Positions 46,014 to 55,391 of a stretch of DNA of 64,000 nucleotides are shown piece by piece. The notes below the pieces were generated by a model. That model had not been told where the DNA came from, ran no database searches, and saw nothing but the letters and a program-made list of their open reading frames with translations. How positions within the stretch are numbered: the stretch's first letter is position 1; each line of letters opens with the position of its first letter. Made by a program: the position numbers and the translations under genes. The stretch is from a virus: IMG/VR virus record IMGVR_UViG_3300025101_000019, positions 1 through 64,000 of that record; one strand, given 5' to 3'.

Positions 46014-47735
46014 CTATTCAAAATCTAATCGAACATCAATCGTTACATCAACATCTTGTCGTTTCTTTAATGGCGAACCTAATTTACCTATTGCGAGTAA
46101 ATCACCCGTATCATTGTATAAACCTACTGATGTTATATATGGTCTGAAATCTGACCCTGTTACAAACGCTTTTAATTCGTGATTATCTTCTGTACCACCT
46201 TTTCTTAAAGTGTTATTTTGTGATACATTATATTCATTTTTTCCAATCTCACATAATATGGATTGCATTTCTATTTTCTTTGTTGACTTATATGTAAACT
46301 CGTATCCCTTGTTTGTATAATCAAAGTCACCATTTCCTAAGAAACAATTTTGATATTTGGGTCTTGGGTCTGTTACTACTATTATTCCTTTTTGATAATA
46401 TACATAACCAACATCTCGTGTTTGATATGCCGACCCACTTATCACATGATTGTTTGATAAAGAACCTACATGCGCAGGTGTTAAATGTCTATTATAAATT
46501 CTAACCTCATCTACTGACCCACTTGTTCCTGTGAATTTTCTTAATCCCCCATTGTCACACATTATAGTAATATCAGCTTCATTTGCAAATGTTCGTCTTG
46601 TTGATGTTTGTACATTTCCAACTAAAGTACCATCTATATAAAAGTTAAATCTATTCTGAGATGCTACCTTGGAATTGTTATGAGTTACTATAATATTATG
46701 CCAGTTATTATCATTATACTTTGTAGATGAACTTAAAGTCATTATAGGTTTTTTGTCTTCCCTACCATCACTGTACTGAAAAACTATCTGTCCGTTTTTT
46801 GCACCTGCCGTTTGATTGTGTACACTAATATCAAATGGGAATTGTCCATCTGTTGAAGTATCTAATCGTCTCGTCATTGACGGGTCGGTTGAATACGGGT
46901 CTACTTTTTGATTTGATTTCTTTATAAGAGTATTAGTAGTATTATCTGTAAAAGATTGACTTGGTGGTAACTTTACCCATAAAGAAATACCAAAGTCATT
47001 TTGTGGTGTAAAGAAAGTATAATAGGAAGTTCCCATTGTTGAGTATAAATGGGATTGTTGTGTCATATGTACACCATACCCACTTGAACTAACTTCTCCT
47101 GTTGTAGTAATACCAGGAACAACTTTTGCTTTACTTATGTAAACATCTCTTCCATCAGGCCCATCGTCTTTAGACTTTTTATAAAATGTATTAAATGTAC
47201 CATCTTGAAATCCTAAGTAAAACTTTAAATTCTTTTTAGGTACAAAGTTAGTATCGTCTATTACTGTATCTCGTAGGATACCACATTCGTTTGTATGTTT
47301 TGATTCACTTAAGAATAAAGAAGCAGATGCGGCTAATTTAGAATGGTCTGTTACTGTTACTGAACCTGGCTTTATTCCCAACCCAAATTTATTTTGAGGT
47401 ATCGATATAATAGATGCCGTTGGGTGTAACAAGTGACCACCATGTCCATGTTTAAAACATGAGGTATTAATAGTGTCCCACATAATTTTCTGTGGAATCT
47501 TATTCATAACAGGAACTACTGCTCTTGATTGAGTAAGTAAGTCACTATCAAATTGTATACCTTGATGTTTAGATTCAGAAACTTCTGTTCGAATACCATT
47601 TGGTGATATTGCTCTAAATGTAGATATTTCAAAAGATGATGAATGATTAGTATCAGTCACCACATAATTTTTATATGCCGTATAGGGATACTTGGTTATC
47701 CCTTGGTTGAATATCCTTTTGAAAACTTGACTCAT
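46014..47735 (-). CDS. Virion structural protein with a LamG/concanavalin-like domain
   Basis: ISLWVK, WHNIIVT, FYIDG and GSVDEVRIYNR motifs. The C-terminus is paralogous to that of 47750..49093. Confidence 0.75.
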   Translation of the reverse strand: MSQVFKRIFNQGITKYPYTAYKNYVVTDTNHSSSFEISTFRAISPNGIRTEVSESKHQGIQFDSDLLTQSRAVVPVMNKIPQKIMWDTINTSCFKHGHGGHLLHPTASIISIPQNKFGLGIKPGSVTVTDHSKLAASASLFLSESKHTNECGILRDTVIDDTNFVPKKNLKFYLGFQDGTFNTFYKKSKDDGPDGRDVYISKAKVVPGITTTGEVSSSGYGVHMTQQSHLYSTMGTSYYTFFTPQNDFGISLWVKLPPSQSFTDNTTNTLIKKSNQKVDPYSTDPSMTRRLDTSTDGQFPFDISVHNQTAGAKNGQIVFQYSDGREDKKPIMTLSSSTKYNDNNWHNIIVTHNNSKVASQNRFNFYIDGTLVGNVQTSTRRTFANEADITIMCDNGGLRKFTGTSGSVDEVRIYNRHLTPAHVGSLSNNHVISGSAYQTRDVGYVYYQKGIIVVTDPRPKYQNCFLGNGDFDYTNKGYEFTYKSTKKIEMQSILCEIGKNEYNVSQNNTLRKGGTEDNHELKAFVTGSDFRPYITSVGLYNDTGDLLAIGKLGSPLKKRQDVDVTIDVRLDFE

Positions 47736-47749
47736 ACTTCATCGCTTTA

Positions 47750-49093
47750 TTAGAAATCTAATTTAACTTTTATTAAAATTTCATTAGAGAAAGATTTCAA
47801 TAGAGGTTTAGAAAGTTTAGCAATTGCCAACAACGCGTTGTCGTTATTATATAAACCAACACTTGTGATATAAGTTTTAGGGTCACCAATATAAGTAGTT
47901 TGTGCTAACTTACCTTCTGAACCTGAAATATATGTTGGGTTATTACTAAAGTTATACTCTGCATTTTTAGCTCTAACAAAATAAAATGTAGACTTTATCT
48001 CTTCTTCATTTCTTGCTTGGAATCCGTTTGCAGCATCTGCAGCCGCAGCCCCACTAATTGCGGTAAACAATCTATTGTGGTTTTGATTATCTGCTTGTGT
48101 TCTAACTGTTCCTAAAGATGCTGATGTGTCAAGTAATGCTGCACTTAATACAATGATACCATGTTGTGGATAAACTTCACCAAATACTCTACTTGAGTTT
48201 TGAATACCATTTAGTAAAGAACCACTTACAATATTGTATTTAGTTTGTCTTGCGTTACCTGATTGGTCTCTATCACCACTATCGTCAATTAACCTTAACA
48301 TATCGTTTCCGCCAGAACCTGAGATACATAGTTCCCAATTTCCAGGGTCAAGTCTATCTTTTAATCTTGCTCTGTTTATTGCGATTGCGTAGACATCGTT
48401 TTGGTTCGTGTCATTAAATCTAAAGAACTTTTGAGAAGATGGTAATAAGACTTGTTGTAGTTGTGAGTAAATCGCTGATGAAGGTGAATCTTCATTCGTT
48501 CCTGCTGACCCACTACCAGCGTAGTGACCATATGAGATTGAGAACTGAGGTTCGTTTGTTGATACAGTCGGGTCGCCATTATAGATTTCATAATAATATG
48601 CTTTTTGAGTAGCTGATTGAAATGATGATGTATGGAATACTGTTAGTTCTCCACTATTACCACTCCACAATCCTCGTGTTACTCTTTTAGTCCCACCTTC
48701 TACAATGTCTTCATTTGTAAATGCGGTATATACTTTACCACTACCGAAGTCGTATGCACCTGCTCCGATTACTGGTGTTGTGTTATTTTGGTTGTCGTCT
48801 CTTACTATATCTACAACGGGGTCTGTAACTACTACTGAACCACCACCTGTGTTTCCACTTGTTACACCGACAGATACGGATGAACCACCGCCACCGCCGC
48901 CTCCATTTTGCATGAGGACATTACCACCGAGGCCGAGGTTACCATAATAAGGTTGGTCTCCACCCATACCGAAGTTACCAAAACCACCACCATATCCTAA
49001 CATTCCGTCAAATGCTGATGTGTTTCCACCGAGTAAACTACTGCCACCTAAGTTGTTACCAAAACCACCACCATAAAAATTTAATAATGCCAT
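47750..49093 (-). CDS. Virion structural (baseplate/tail) protein
   Basis: Gly-rich N-terminus and C-terminal YITSVGLYN...LLAIAKLSKP. Confidence 0.65.
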   Translation of the reverse strand: MALLNFYGGGFGNNLGGSSLLGGNTSAFDGMLGYGGGFGNFGMGGDQPYYGNLGLGGNVLMQNGGGGGGGSSVSVGVTSGNTGGGSVVVTDPVVDIVRDDNQNNTTPVIGAGAYDFGSGKVYTAFTNEDIVEGGTKRVTRGLWSGNSGELTVFHTSSFQSATQKAYYYEIYNGDPTVSTNEPQFSISYGHYAGSGSAGTNEDSPSSAIYSQLQQVLLPSSQKFFRFNDTNQNDVYAIAINRARLKDRLDPGNWELCISGSGGNDMLRLIDDSGDRDQSGNARQTKYNIVSGSLLNGIQNSSRVFGEVYPQHGIIVLSAALLDTSASLGTVRTQADNQNHNRLFTAISGAAAADAANGFQARNEEEIKSTFYFVRAKNAEYNFSNNPTYISGSEGKLAQTTYIGDPKTYITSVGLYNNDNALLAIAKLSKPLLKSFSNEILIKVKLDF

Positions 49094-49104
49094 AATTTAT
49101 TCCT

Positions 49105-49749
49105 CTATGCGTTTGATGTTACTTTAGGCGTTACCGTTACATCAATCTCAGCTCTACCACCTGTTTCATTACCAATGATAACAATTCTTGTAGAAGTTGT
49201 TTGATTGATTGGTAAGTTTGTAGTTGGTTGAAATTGAAATGCAGTTCCTGTTACAGAAATTGCTTTTGCGGTTGCGTAAGTGTTAATATTAATAATTGCA
49301 GATTGTTTACCAGGTACTGCCCCTAATCCTGCGATAGTACCGACATCACTATTTAATAGTATTGCAGTATATCCTAAGTTTTCATTACCACCATTTTTAG
49401 TTGTTACATTGATTGGTACAAGAATACTTTCCTCACTAACATTAATCGATGTGATAGATGTTTCTAAGAAAGGTAACTTAATAGTACTCTTTGGTAATGA
49501 TAATAATTTATATTTCATTAGATATGATTCATCAGTAATTGCCTCTAACACAGGCATATTCTCTATAACGATACCATAAAAATCACTACCTAATGAGTGT
49601 GCTGGATTCCAAAGGTCGTAATCAACCTCATCGTCAGCCAATGCAAATTGTGTTATTGCAAATTTGTCTCTGCCTTCAGCTAATAGCTCTCTACCCTTCT
49701 TGGTAAGTATTGCGTCTACTGTTACAGATGAATTATCTAAAAATCCCAT
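49105..49749 (-). CDS. Virion structural (baseplate/tail) protein
   Basis: LTKKGRELLA...ITQFALAD N-terminus. Promoter motif at 49771-49778 and a GAGG SD. Confidence 0.6.
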   Translation of the reverse strand: MGFLDNSSVTVDAILTKKGRELLAEGRDKFAITQFALADDEVDYDLWNPAHSLGSDFYGIVIENMPVLEAITDESYLMKYKLLSLPKSTIKLPFLETSITSINVSEESILVPINVTTKNGGNENLGYTAILLNSDVGTIAGLGAVPGKQSAIININTYATAKAISVTGTAFQFQPTTNLPINQTTSTRIVIIGNETGGRAEIDVTVTPKVTSNA

Positions 49750-49832
49750 AGTTGTTTCCTCTTTTACTTATATAAATATAGTTTTTTTTATTTTTAAATC
49801 ATTTTTCTAATATGATTCTAATTTTATCTATT

Positions 49833-52800
49833 TTAACCACCTCGGCGATTGTTTCTTATAAACCCACCTAAAGTTGTATTTGGACTTGCAGCCCCTGTTG
49901 AATTAGGATTGGTTTGATTAAAAAATCCACCTTGTTGGTTTGGTCGTTGTTGTCTGCCACGATTTCTGTTTATCATATCATTAGCAGCATTTGTGTTAAT
50001 ACGAACTGCACTACCATTTGGTGTAACTGTCGTGGTTGTTTGTGTACCTCTCGGTCTTGCCCTTACAACAGGGTTTGTTGTACCTAAACCTAAACCAGGT
50101 AAACTTCTAAATATATTATTTTCTAATACAACTGTTTTCCCTTTAGACTTTACCTCATTATTATTGTTACTGAGAATGTGTTGTTTTACACTTACTAAAG
50201 TATCTGGGTCTGCAATTTTAACTGTATCTGGCAAGTCACCTTTAACTTCATCACCTTTTACTACATTATCAGTATTGTATACTAATACATCTGATTCTAC
50301 TTGAGTTACTATAACAACGGGTGAATTATCAGGAGTATCAGGAGATTTGGTTGTCAATGAATCACTTGATATTTTACATCCTTCAAAAAATAAGTTCTTT
50401 AAATTACCTGTTAATCTATCATCTTGAATTTGTGAAAAATGGAATGATGCCGAACTTGCAAATTTAATTCCTAATGAAGCACTAACATCATTAGAATAAA
50501 AATACTTTGGTTCTAATGCGTACCTTGAAGGTCTTGAATTTAAGATTGTTGAACCTGTTGGTGAATATTCCCAATAACCATTTGAACCTGTAAAGTATGC
50601 ACCAGATGCCGTATTAAATAATGCGATGTCGGTGAACTTATATATTGATGGTTTAAATGGGTCTCGTTCAATACTTGAAGTATAAGTTAAGTAAGAACCT
50701 GATACAACATTCAGTACACTAATTCCAGGTGCCTCATATTGATGTTGTGTGTAATCAATATTATCAGGCCTTTTGTAATTGTTTCTTTCAAAGACATGAG
50801 GTTCAATCATTATACCTTTATGCCAATCTGCTCTCGCAGGTACAAGTTGTCTCATACTATCAAAGACAGACATATCATATCTTGACAACATTCCTATTAT
50901 AATATTAAGAGCCGTTCCTCTATTATATTTTTGGAAATAGTTTCTTGCTCTAAAATCTAATAAATCATATCCATCAATATTTCTAACATCAGTATCACCA
51001 ATTAAATCATCAACCTCAAAATATCCTTCAGATGCATAAATATCAAAGTTTACAGTATCAGTTGTTGAAAAGTAAGTTCCTAATAAGTTTGAATCATTTG
51101 GAGCTCTATCGTATTGACTTACTTCATTTGACTTATCTCTTTGTAATGGTCCTTGTAATGATGATGACTCTACCCTTACTTTATTATTACTAAGGTTTAA
51201 GGCGCCTGCTGATGGGATTGATACAAAGTATGTATCAACTTCACCAGAAAGATTATCTGGCTGACCATGTTCATATGACGCTGATAATATAAATCCTCTA
51301 TCTGAAGATGTGAAGTGTTGGTTAGGGTGTCTTGATTGAATTGACCCACTAACATTATTAAATACACTATCAGGGAATATTCTATAAAGAACATTTTCAT
51401 ATGATGTATCTAAGTCTAAATCAGTTGTGTTGGCGTCAGAGTAATATGCTTCTCTATTTGCCGCATGTCCTTCGAGAACCTCGGATGCTAATTTTGTTTT
51501 GTAGTATCTAATCTCTTGAATACTTGCAGTTGAGGTTGTTCCAAGATAAGGCGCCATCAGTTTGTTGTTGTCCGATGAACCACTTGAGTTCCAAATAAAG
51601 TTCCAATTATTATTAGTTGTTGATGCGGTTGCATGAACCAATACATCACCAAAGTCATCTACATATGTAGCTCCTAAATGATATCCACCCGATGCGGATG
51701 AAAATCCTATAACAACATCTCTCTCTTGTATATAAGGGAAGTAGTCTGAACTTACTGATATTATTGGCGAACCACCTCTTAGTCTTACTCTAGCTTTCTT
51801 TGTTGTTTTTTGGTAATCCCAATGTAAGTCAATCTGTCCACCATCTTTTTGATTCAGTCTAAATACCGTATGATTATCTGTTGGAAGTTTACCAACATAC
51901 TCAATAGTCTTTGGTCTAATATTGTTTATAGTATCCCAAATATGTTCACTTCTATTTTTACCATCTAATTGTAATTTGTAAACATATCTATCGTGTTCAT
52001 AAATGTTCTTTTGAGATTCTATTCTTGGACCACCATATTCTCTAATCTTTAAGAATGAACTTGGTATTCCGTATGATGATATTAATGTTTTAAATGAACG
52101 AGCCGTACCTTTTGTCTTGTAAATACCTGGCACATTATTTAACAATCGTCTCCAAGTCTCTTGTACAATTTCTTTAGTTGGTTTAGAATACAACGACCCT
52201 GATTGTTGTGGAGTACCATTTTGGTCAACACCAAATTCATATTGCCATAGGCCTGTATCTGCGTATCCATTGTATAGTTTCCAACCAAATGATTCTGCTA
52301 TTATGGATATTAGGTCATTTGCTAAACCATCTGCCGGGTGTTCTTCTCTTTCATTGATTGTTGTCAATGATTTTATGTAGTTCCAAGAAATGTCAAAATG
52401 TTGTCCTAACATATCTACAAATGTTTGATACTCTTCATTAAGTTTATCATCATTTATATTTACAGGAATAACACTTCTTAATTTTGTTGGGTTTTGGGCG
52501 TCATATAAAGACGCACTTGATAGTGTCTCAGTTAACCACGAAGTACCTTGACTTGATGTACTATGATACAATACATCAGGATTTCTTGTTTCTTTTGGAT
52601 ATGGATTAATAGTAAATGCTGAAGATGAGAAGTGAGTATAAATCTGTGCTTCATGATTGTAATACAACCAATACTCAAAGTCATCGAATGTACCTATAAG
52701 TTCTATCTTTCTTCTGTTAGAAGAAGATATGTTTGTTAATGCCTCAGAACCACTTACATTATTTAATACACCAATTCTTCTATCAAATGCTTCAACTTGT

Positions 52801-54209
52801 TGTAACTTGTAATAGAAGTTTCTAACTCGTTCTTCTGCTGATGAGAAGTTTACAAAGTTTTTAAAATCAGAATAATCTATATTTAATTTTACATTTCCAA
52901 GAGAACCACTAAAATATCTATCTATTATTTTTTGTTGTGTAGGTGCGCCAGAGTCTAATAAACTACTCCATGTTTCGTAGTCACTACTTGCCCCACTACC
53001 ATCACCTAAATCTATATTAAAGTTTGGGTCTGAGAAAAACTCAGTATTGTCTTCACCTAATTGGTTAAATACTATAACTCGTTCTATGTAAGATTTTTGT
53101 AGTTGTGCAGATGTTCCAATTGTATCATTTACATTTACTTCATCTGGTAGTGGACTATAAAGTTTTAATATAGCGGTGTCAACTGAAGTTACCGTCATAT
53201 CGAGTCTTTTGTACTGCATACTCCAAAAACTTGGAGCACTTAATGGTACACCAACTCCACCACCTGGACTTCCGTTGTTCCAAGTACCTGCCAACTCTAC
53301 TGACTTTCTAATACCTTCTTCAGTAACATCTAATGGTAACGACCCTGATGTTGATACACTTCCTAAAGAAAACTTTCGTACCCAACTTAAAGTAGTGTCG
53401 GGGTTTTGTTTAAGTTTAAATTCATCAAATCTACCAGTAACCTCAAAATGCCAGTTGCCTGTAACAGGAGCGGTTTGTTCTGTTTTCTTTCTTACGAGTA
53501 CTTCAGTAAATGTATTGTAGTCCGATTCACCATCTAAATTCAATGAAGCTTCAATACCACCTGATTCAACTGGAAACCAAATACTATCTGGCGTATCACC
53601 TGGTGGATATGGTAAGTAGTCTTGTACTTCACCGACAATTGTACCATCAAATGCGGCGTTGATAATTGGTATTAAATTATTCTCACCAAGATTAAGCATC
53701 AATGGTGTGTAAGTTGTACTTGGGTCTGTGAATGAGTTTGCTTGTATTTCTTGATTTTTTCTATACAATGATGCAAATGCAGAAAGACCATCTTGAATAA
53801 ATCCTTGAGCACCAATTACTTTAATTTCTTTTCTGTCCCCTGATATTTCTACAATCTTCACATTTGGTAGGTTGTGAAGGAAATTATAAACTATGTTGTA
53901 TGTTCCTTGATTGAACCCTGCGGCTCTAATATCTGACTCTGGTTTTACATATACAGTATAACCATTTTGTTCATCACCAATTTTTTGGATATTTCCATTT
54001 GTACTTGCGACAAGAGTTGCACCTGCGTAGAAGTGTTTTTCAACTATGGGAGTTGATACTCCTGGAACACCAACAATGTCAGCATCTCTAAGAGGCACTC
54101 TGATTTGACCACCATCAAGTATTGCTTGGTCACCATTATCAAAAACTTGACCAGTAACTGGTTGTTTCGATAAAACCTCTTCTTGATTATAAAATCTATC
54201 TAATGCCAT
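49833..54209 (-). CDS. Large baseplate wedge protein (gp7/gpI-like)
   Basis: IYKTKGTARSFKTLISSYG wedge-type motif and position after the gp6-like gene. Confidence 0.6.
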   Translation of the reverse strand: MALDRFYNQEEVLSKQPVTGQVFDNGDQAILDGGQIRVPLRDADIVGVPGVSTPIVEKHFYAGATLVASTNGNIQKIGDEQNGYTVYVKPESDIRAAGFNQGTYNIVYNFLHNLPNVKIVEISGDRKEIKVIGAQGFIQDGLSAFASLYRKNQEIQANSFTDPSTTYTPLMLNLGENNLIPIINAAFDGTIVGEVQDYLPYPPGDTPDSIWFPVESGGIEASLNLDGESDYNTFTEVLVRKKTEQTAPVTGNWHFEVTGRFDEFKLKQNPDTTLSWVRKFSLGSVSTSGSLPLDVTEEGIRKSVELAGTWNNGSPGGGVGVPLSAPSFWSMQYKRLDMTVTSVDTAILKLYSPLPDEVNVNDTIGTSAQLQKSYIERVIVFNQLGEDNTEFFSDPNFNIDLGDGSGASSDYETWSSLLDSGAPTQQKIIDRYFSGSLGNVKLNIDYSDFKNFVNFSSAEERVRNFYYKLQQVEAFDRRIGVLNNVSGSEALTNISSSNRRKIELIGTFDDFEYWLYYNHEAQIYTHFSSSAFTINPYPKETRNPDVLYHSTSSQGTSWLTETLSSASLYDAQNPTKLRSVIPVNINDDKLNEEYQTFVDMLGQHFDISWNYIKSLTTINEREEHPADGLANDLISIIAESFGWKLYNGYADTGLWQYEFGVDQNGTPQQSGSLYSKPTKEIVQETWRRLLNNVPGIYKTKGTARSFKTLISSYGIPSSFLKIREYGGPRIESQKNIYEHDRYVYKLQLDGKNRSEHIWDTINNIRPKTIEYVGKLPTDNHTVFRLNQKDGGQIDLHWDYQKTTKKARVRLRGGSPIISVSSDYFPYIQERDVVIGFSSASGGYHLGATYVDDFGDVLVHATASTTNNNWNFIWNSSGSSDNNKLMAPYLGTTSTASIQEIRYYKTKLASEVLEGHAANREAYYSDANTTDLDLDTSYENVLYRIFPDSVFNNVSGSIQSRHPNQHFTSSDRGFILSASYEHGQPDNLSGEVDTYFVSIPSAGALNLSNNKVRVESSSLQGPLQRDKSNEVSQYDRAPNDSNLLGTYFSTTDTVNFDIYASEGYFEVDDLIGDTDVRNIDGYDLLDFRARNYFQKYNRGTALNIIIGMLSRYDMSVFDSMRQLVPARADWHKGIMIEPHVFERNNYKRPDNIDYTQHQYEAPGISVLNVVSGSYLTYTSSIERDPFKPSIYKFTDIALFNTASGAYFTGSNGYWEYSPTGSTILNSRPSRYALEPKYFYSNDVSASLGIKFASSASFHFSQIQDDRLTGNLKNLFFEGCKISSDSLTTKSPDTPDNSPVVIVTQVESDVLVYNTDNVVKGDEVKGDLPDTVKIADPDTLVSVKQHILSNNNNEVKSKGKTVVLENNIFRSLPGLGLGTTNPVVRARPRGTQTTTTVTPNGSAVRINTNAANDMINRNRGRQQRPNQQGGFFNQTNPNSTGAASPNTTLGGFIRNNRRGG

Positions 54210-54780
54210 TCTTTAAATCCAAAAACTTACCATTATAAATATTTTCTCTCATTCGTTTCTTTACTTTAGAAGTTGTATAGTAATCGTACCCTTCTATTTC
54301 GTATAGACCCGTTGTCAATTCAGTTACATTTAAACTATCAGGCAATATTCTTTCTTGTAGAGTAACCCCGTTAAATGTTTTTAAACTTCGTTTATGATTC
54401 TTAACTCTTTTAAACTTGTTTCTTGCTTTAGATGGTCGTTCACATTTGTTTCTAAGACCTAAGTGGTCTTGCCATAATGCCTCATTTGACCATTTAATAT
54501 CAATAAACATATTTCTTTGGAATCCTAAAATCATAGCCGTATCTAAAATATGTTTTAAGTATTGATGATTTTTTATTTCATTTCGTAAAACAATATCTAC
54601 ATCCATAGTTGGAATATTTGCACCATAAACATTTTCTGCAAATGCACCAACCAAATAAACTTTATAGTCTGATAAATCAACTTCTTTGTTAAAGTTGTTC
54701 CACCACCCTTTAAACTTATCGTACCTTGGTCTTTCCCATGGTGTTGTAGTTTCGATATTTCCTATTTTAAAATAAAACAT
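54196..54780 (-). CDS. Pol-beta superfamily (minimal) nucleotidyltransferase-like protein
   Basis: VYLVGAF...TMDVDIVL...FIDI. Confidence 0.55.
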   Translation of the reverse strand: MFYFKIGNIETTTPWERPRYDKFKGWWNNFNKEVDLSDYKVYLVGAFAENVYGANIPTMDVDIVLRNEIKNHQYLKHILDTAMILGFQRNMFIDIKWSNEALWQDHLGLRNKCERPSKARNKFKRVKNHKRSLKTFNGVTLQERILPDSLNVTELTTGLYEIEGYDYYTTSKVKKRMRENIYNGKFLDLKNGIR

Positions 54781-54788
54781 ATTTTTTC

Positions 54789-55391
54789 CTATGAATCTAA
54801 GTATCCACCACCACCAAACATACCATTATAATATGGGTTGTTAGGGTTGTATGTTGTTTGATTTCCACTTCCTGCTCCAGCTGGCGAACCTGCAGAGAAT
54901 TCGTCATCGGTTACGACTCCACCACCACTCGTACCACCACCTCCAGAAGAGTTAGCAGTTTCACCTGTTGATGTTCCTACAAAAGAGTTGACTTGTGTAG
55001 GGTATGCATCGGGTGGAAACCCATATCCATTTGGAACTCGTGTACCATCATCTAATTGAGCAATCGGTGGCCATGGAATTTGCCCGTCACCTTGGATTTC
55101 AGTAAAAGGTCCTGATAAATATATAGAACCTAATTGTGCTCCCATCCTAGCTCTTTGTTGAACTGATTGATTTGGAACAATTCCTCTTTCTGGAAAACTT
55201 AATTCTTTTATTTCAATGTCAAAATTATTAACAACATCTGATTGTTGATATCTGGCTACTTTTGTTTTTGAACCATCATCTTTATCAACAAAGTAGATAT
55301 TACCATATTGTTCCCCTTGTTGTTCAATGGGGTACGATACTATCTGTCCTCTGACATTTCTGTTTATATCTCTTATTCCTTGTACACTCAT
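54789..55391 (-). CDS. Hypothetical protein with a Gly-rich C-terminus
   Basis: 200-aa ORF abutting its neighbours. Confidence 0.6.
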   Translation of the reverse strand: MSVQGIRDINRNVRGQIVSYPIEQQGEQYGNIYFVDKDDGSKTKVARYQQSDVVNNFDIEIKELSFPERGIVPNQSVQQRARMGAQLGSIYLSGPFTEIQGDGQIPWPPIAQLDDGTRVPNGYGFPPDAYPTQVNSFVGTSTGETANSSGGGGTSGGGVVTDDEFSAGSPAGAGSGNQTTYNPNNPYYNGMFGGGGYLDS

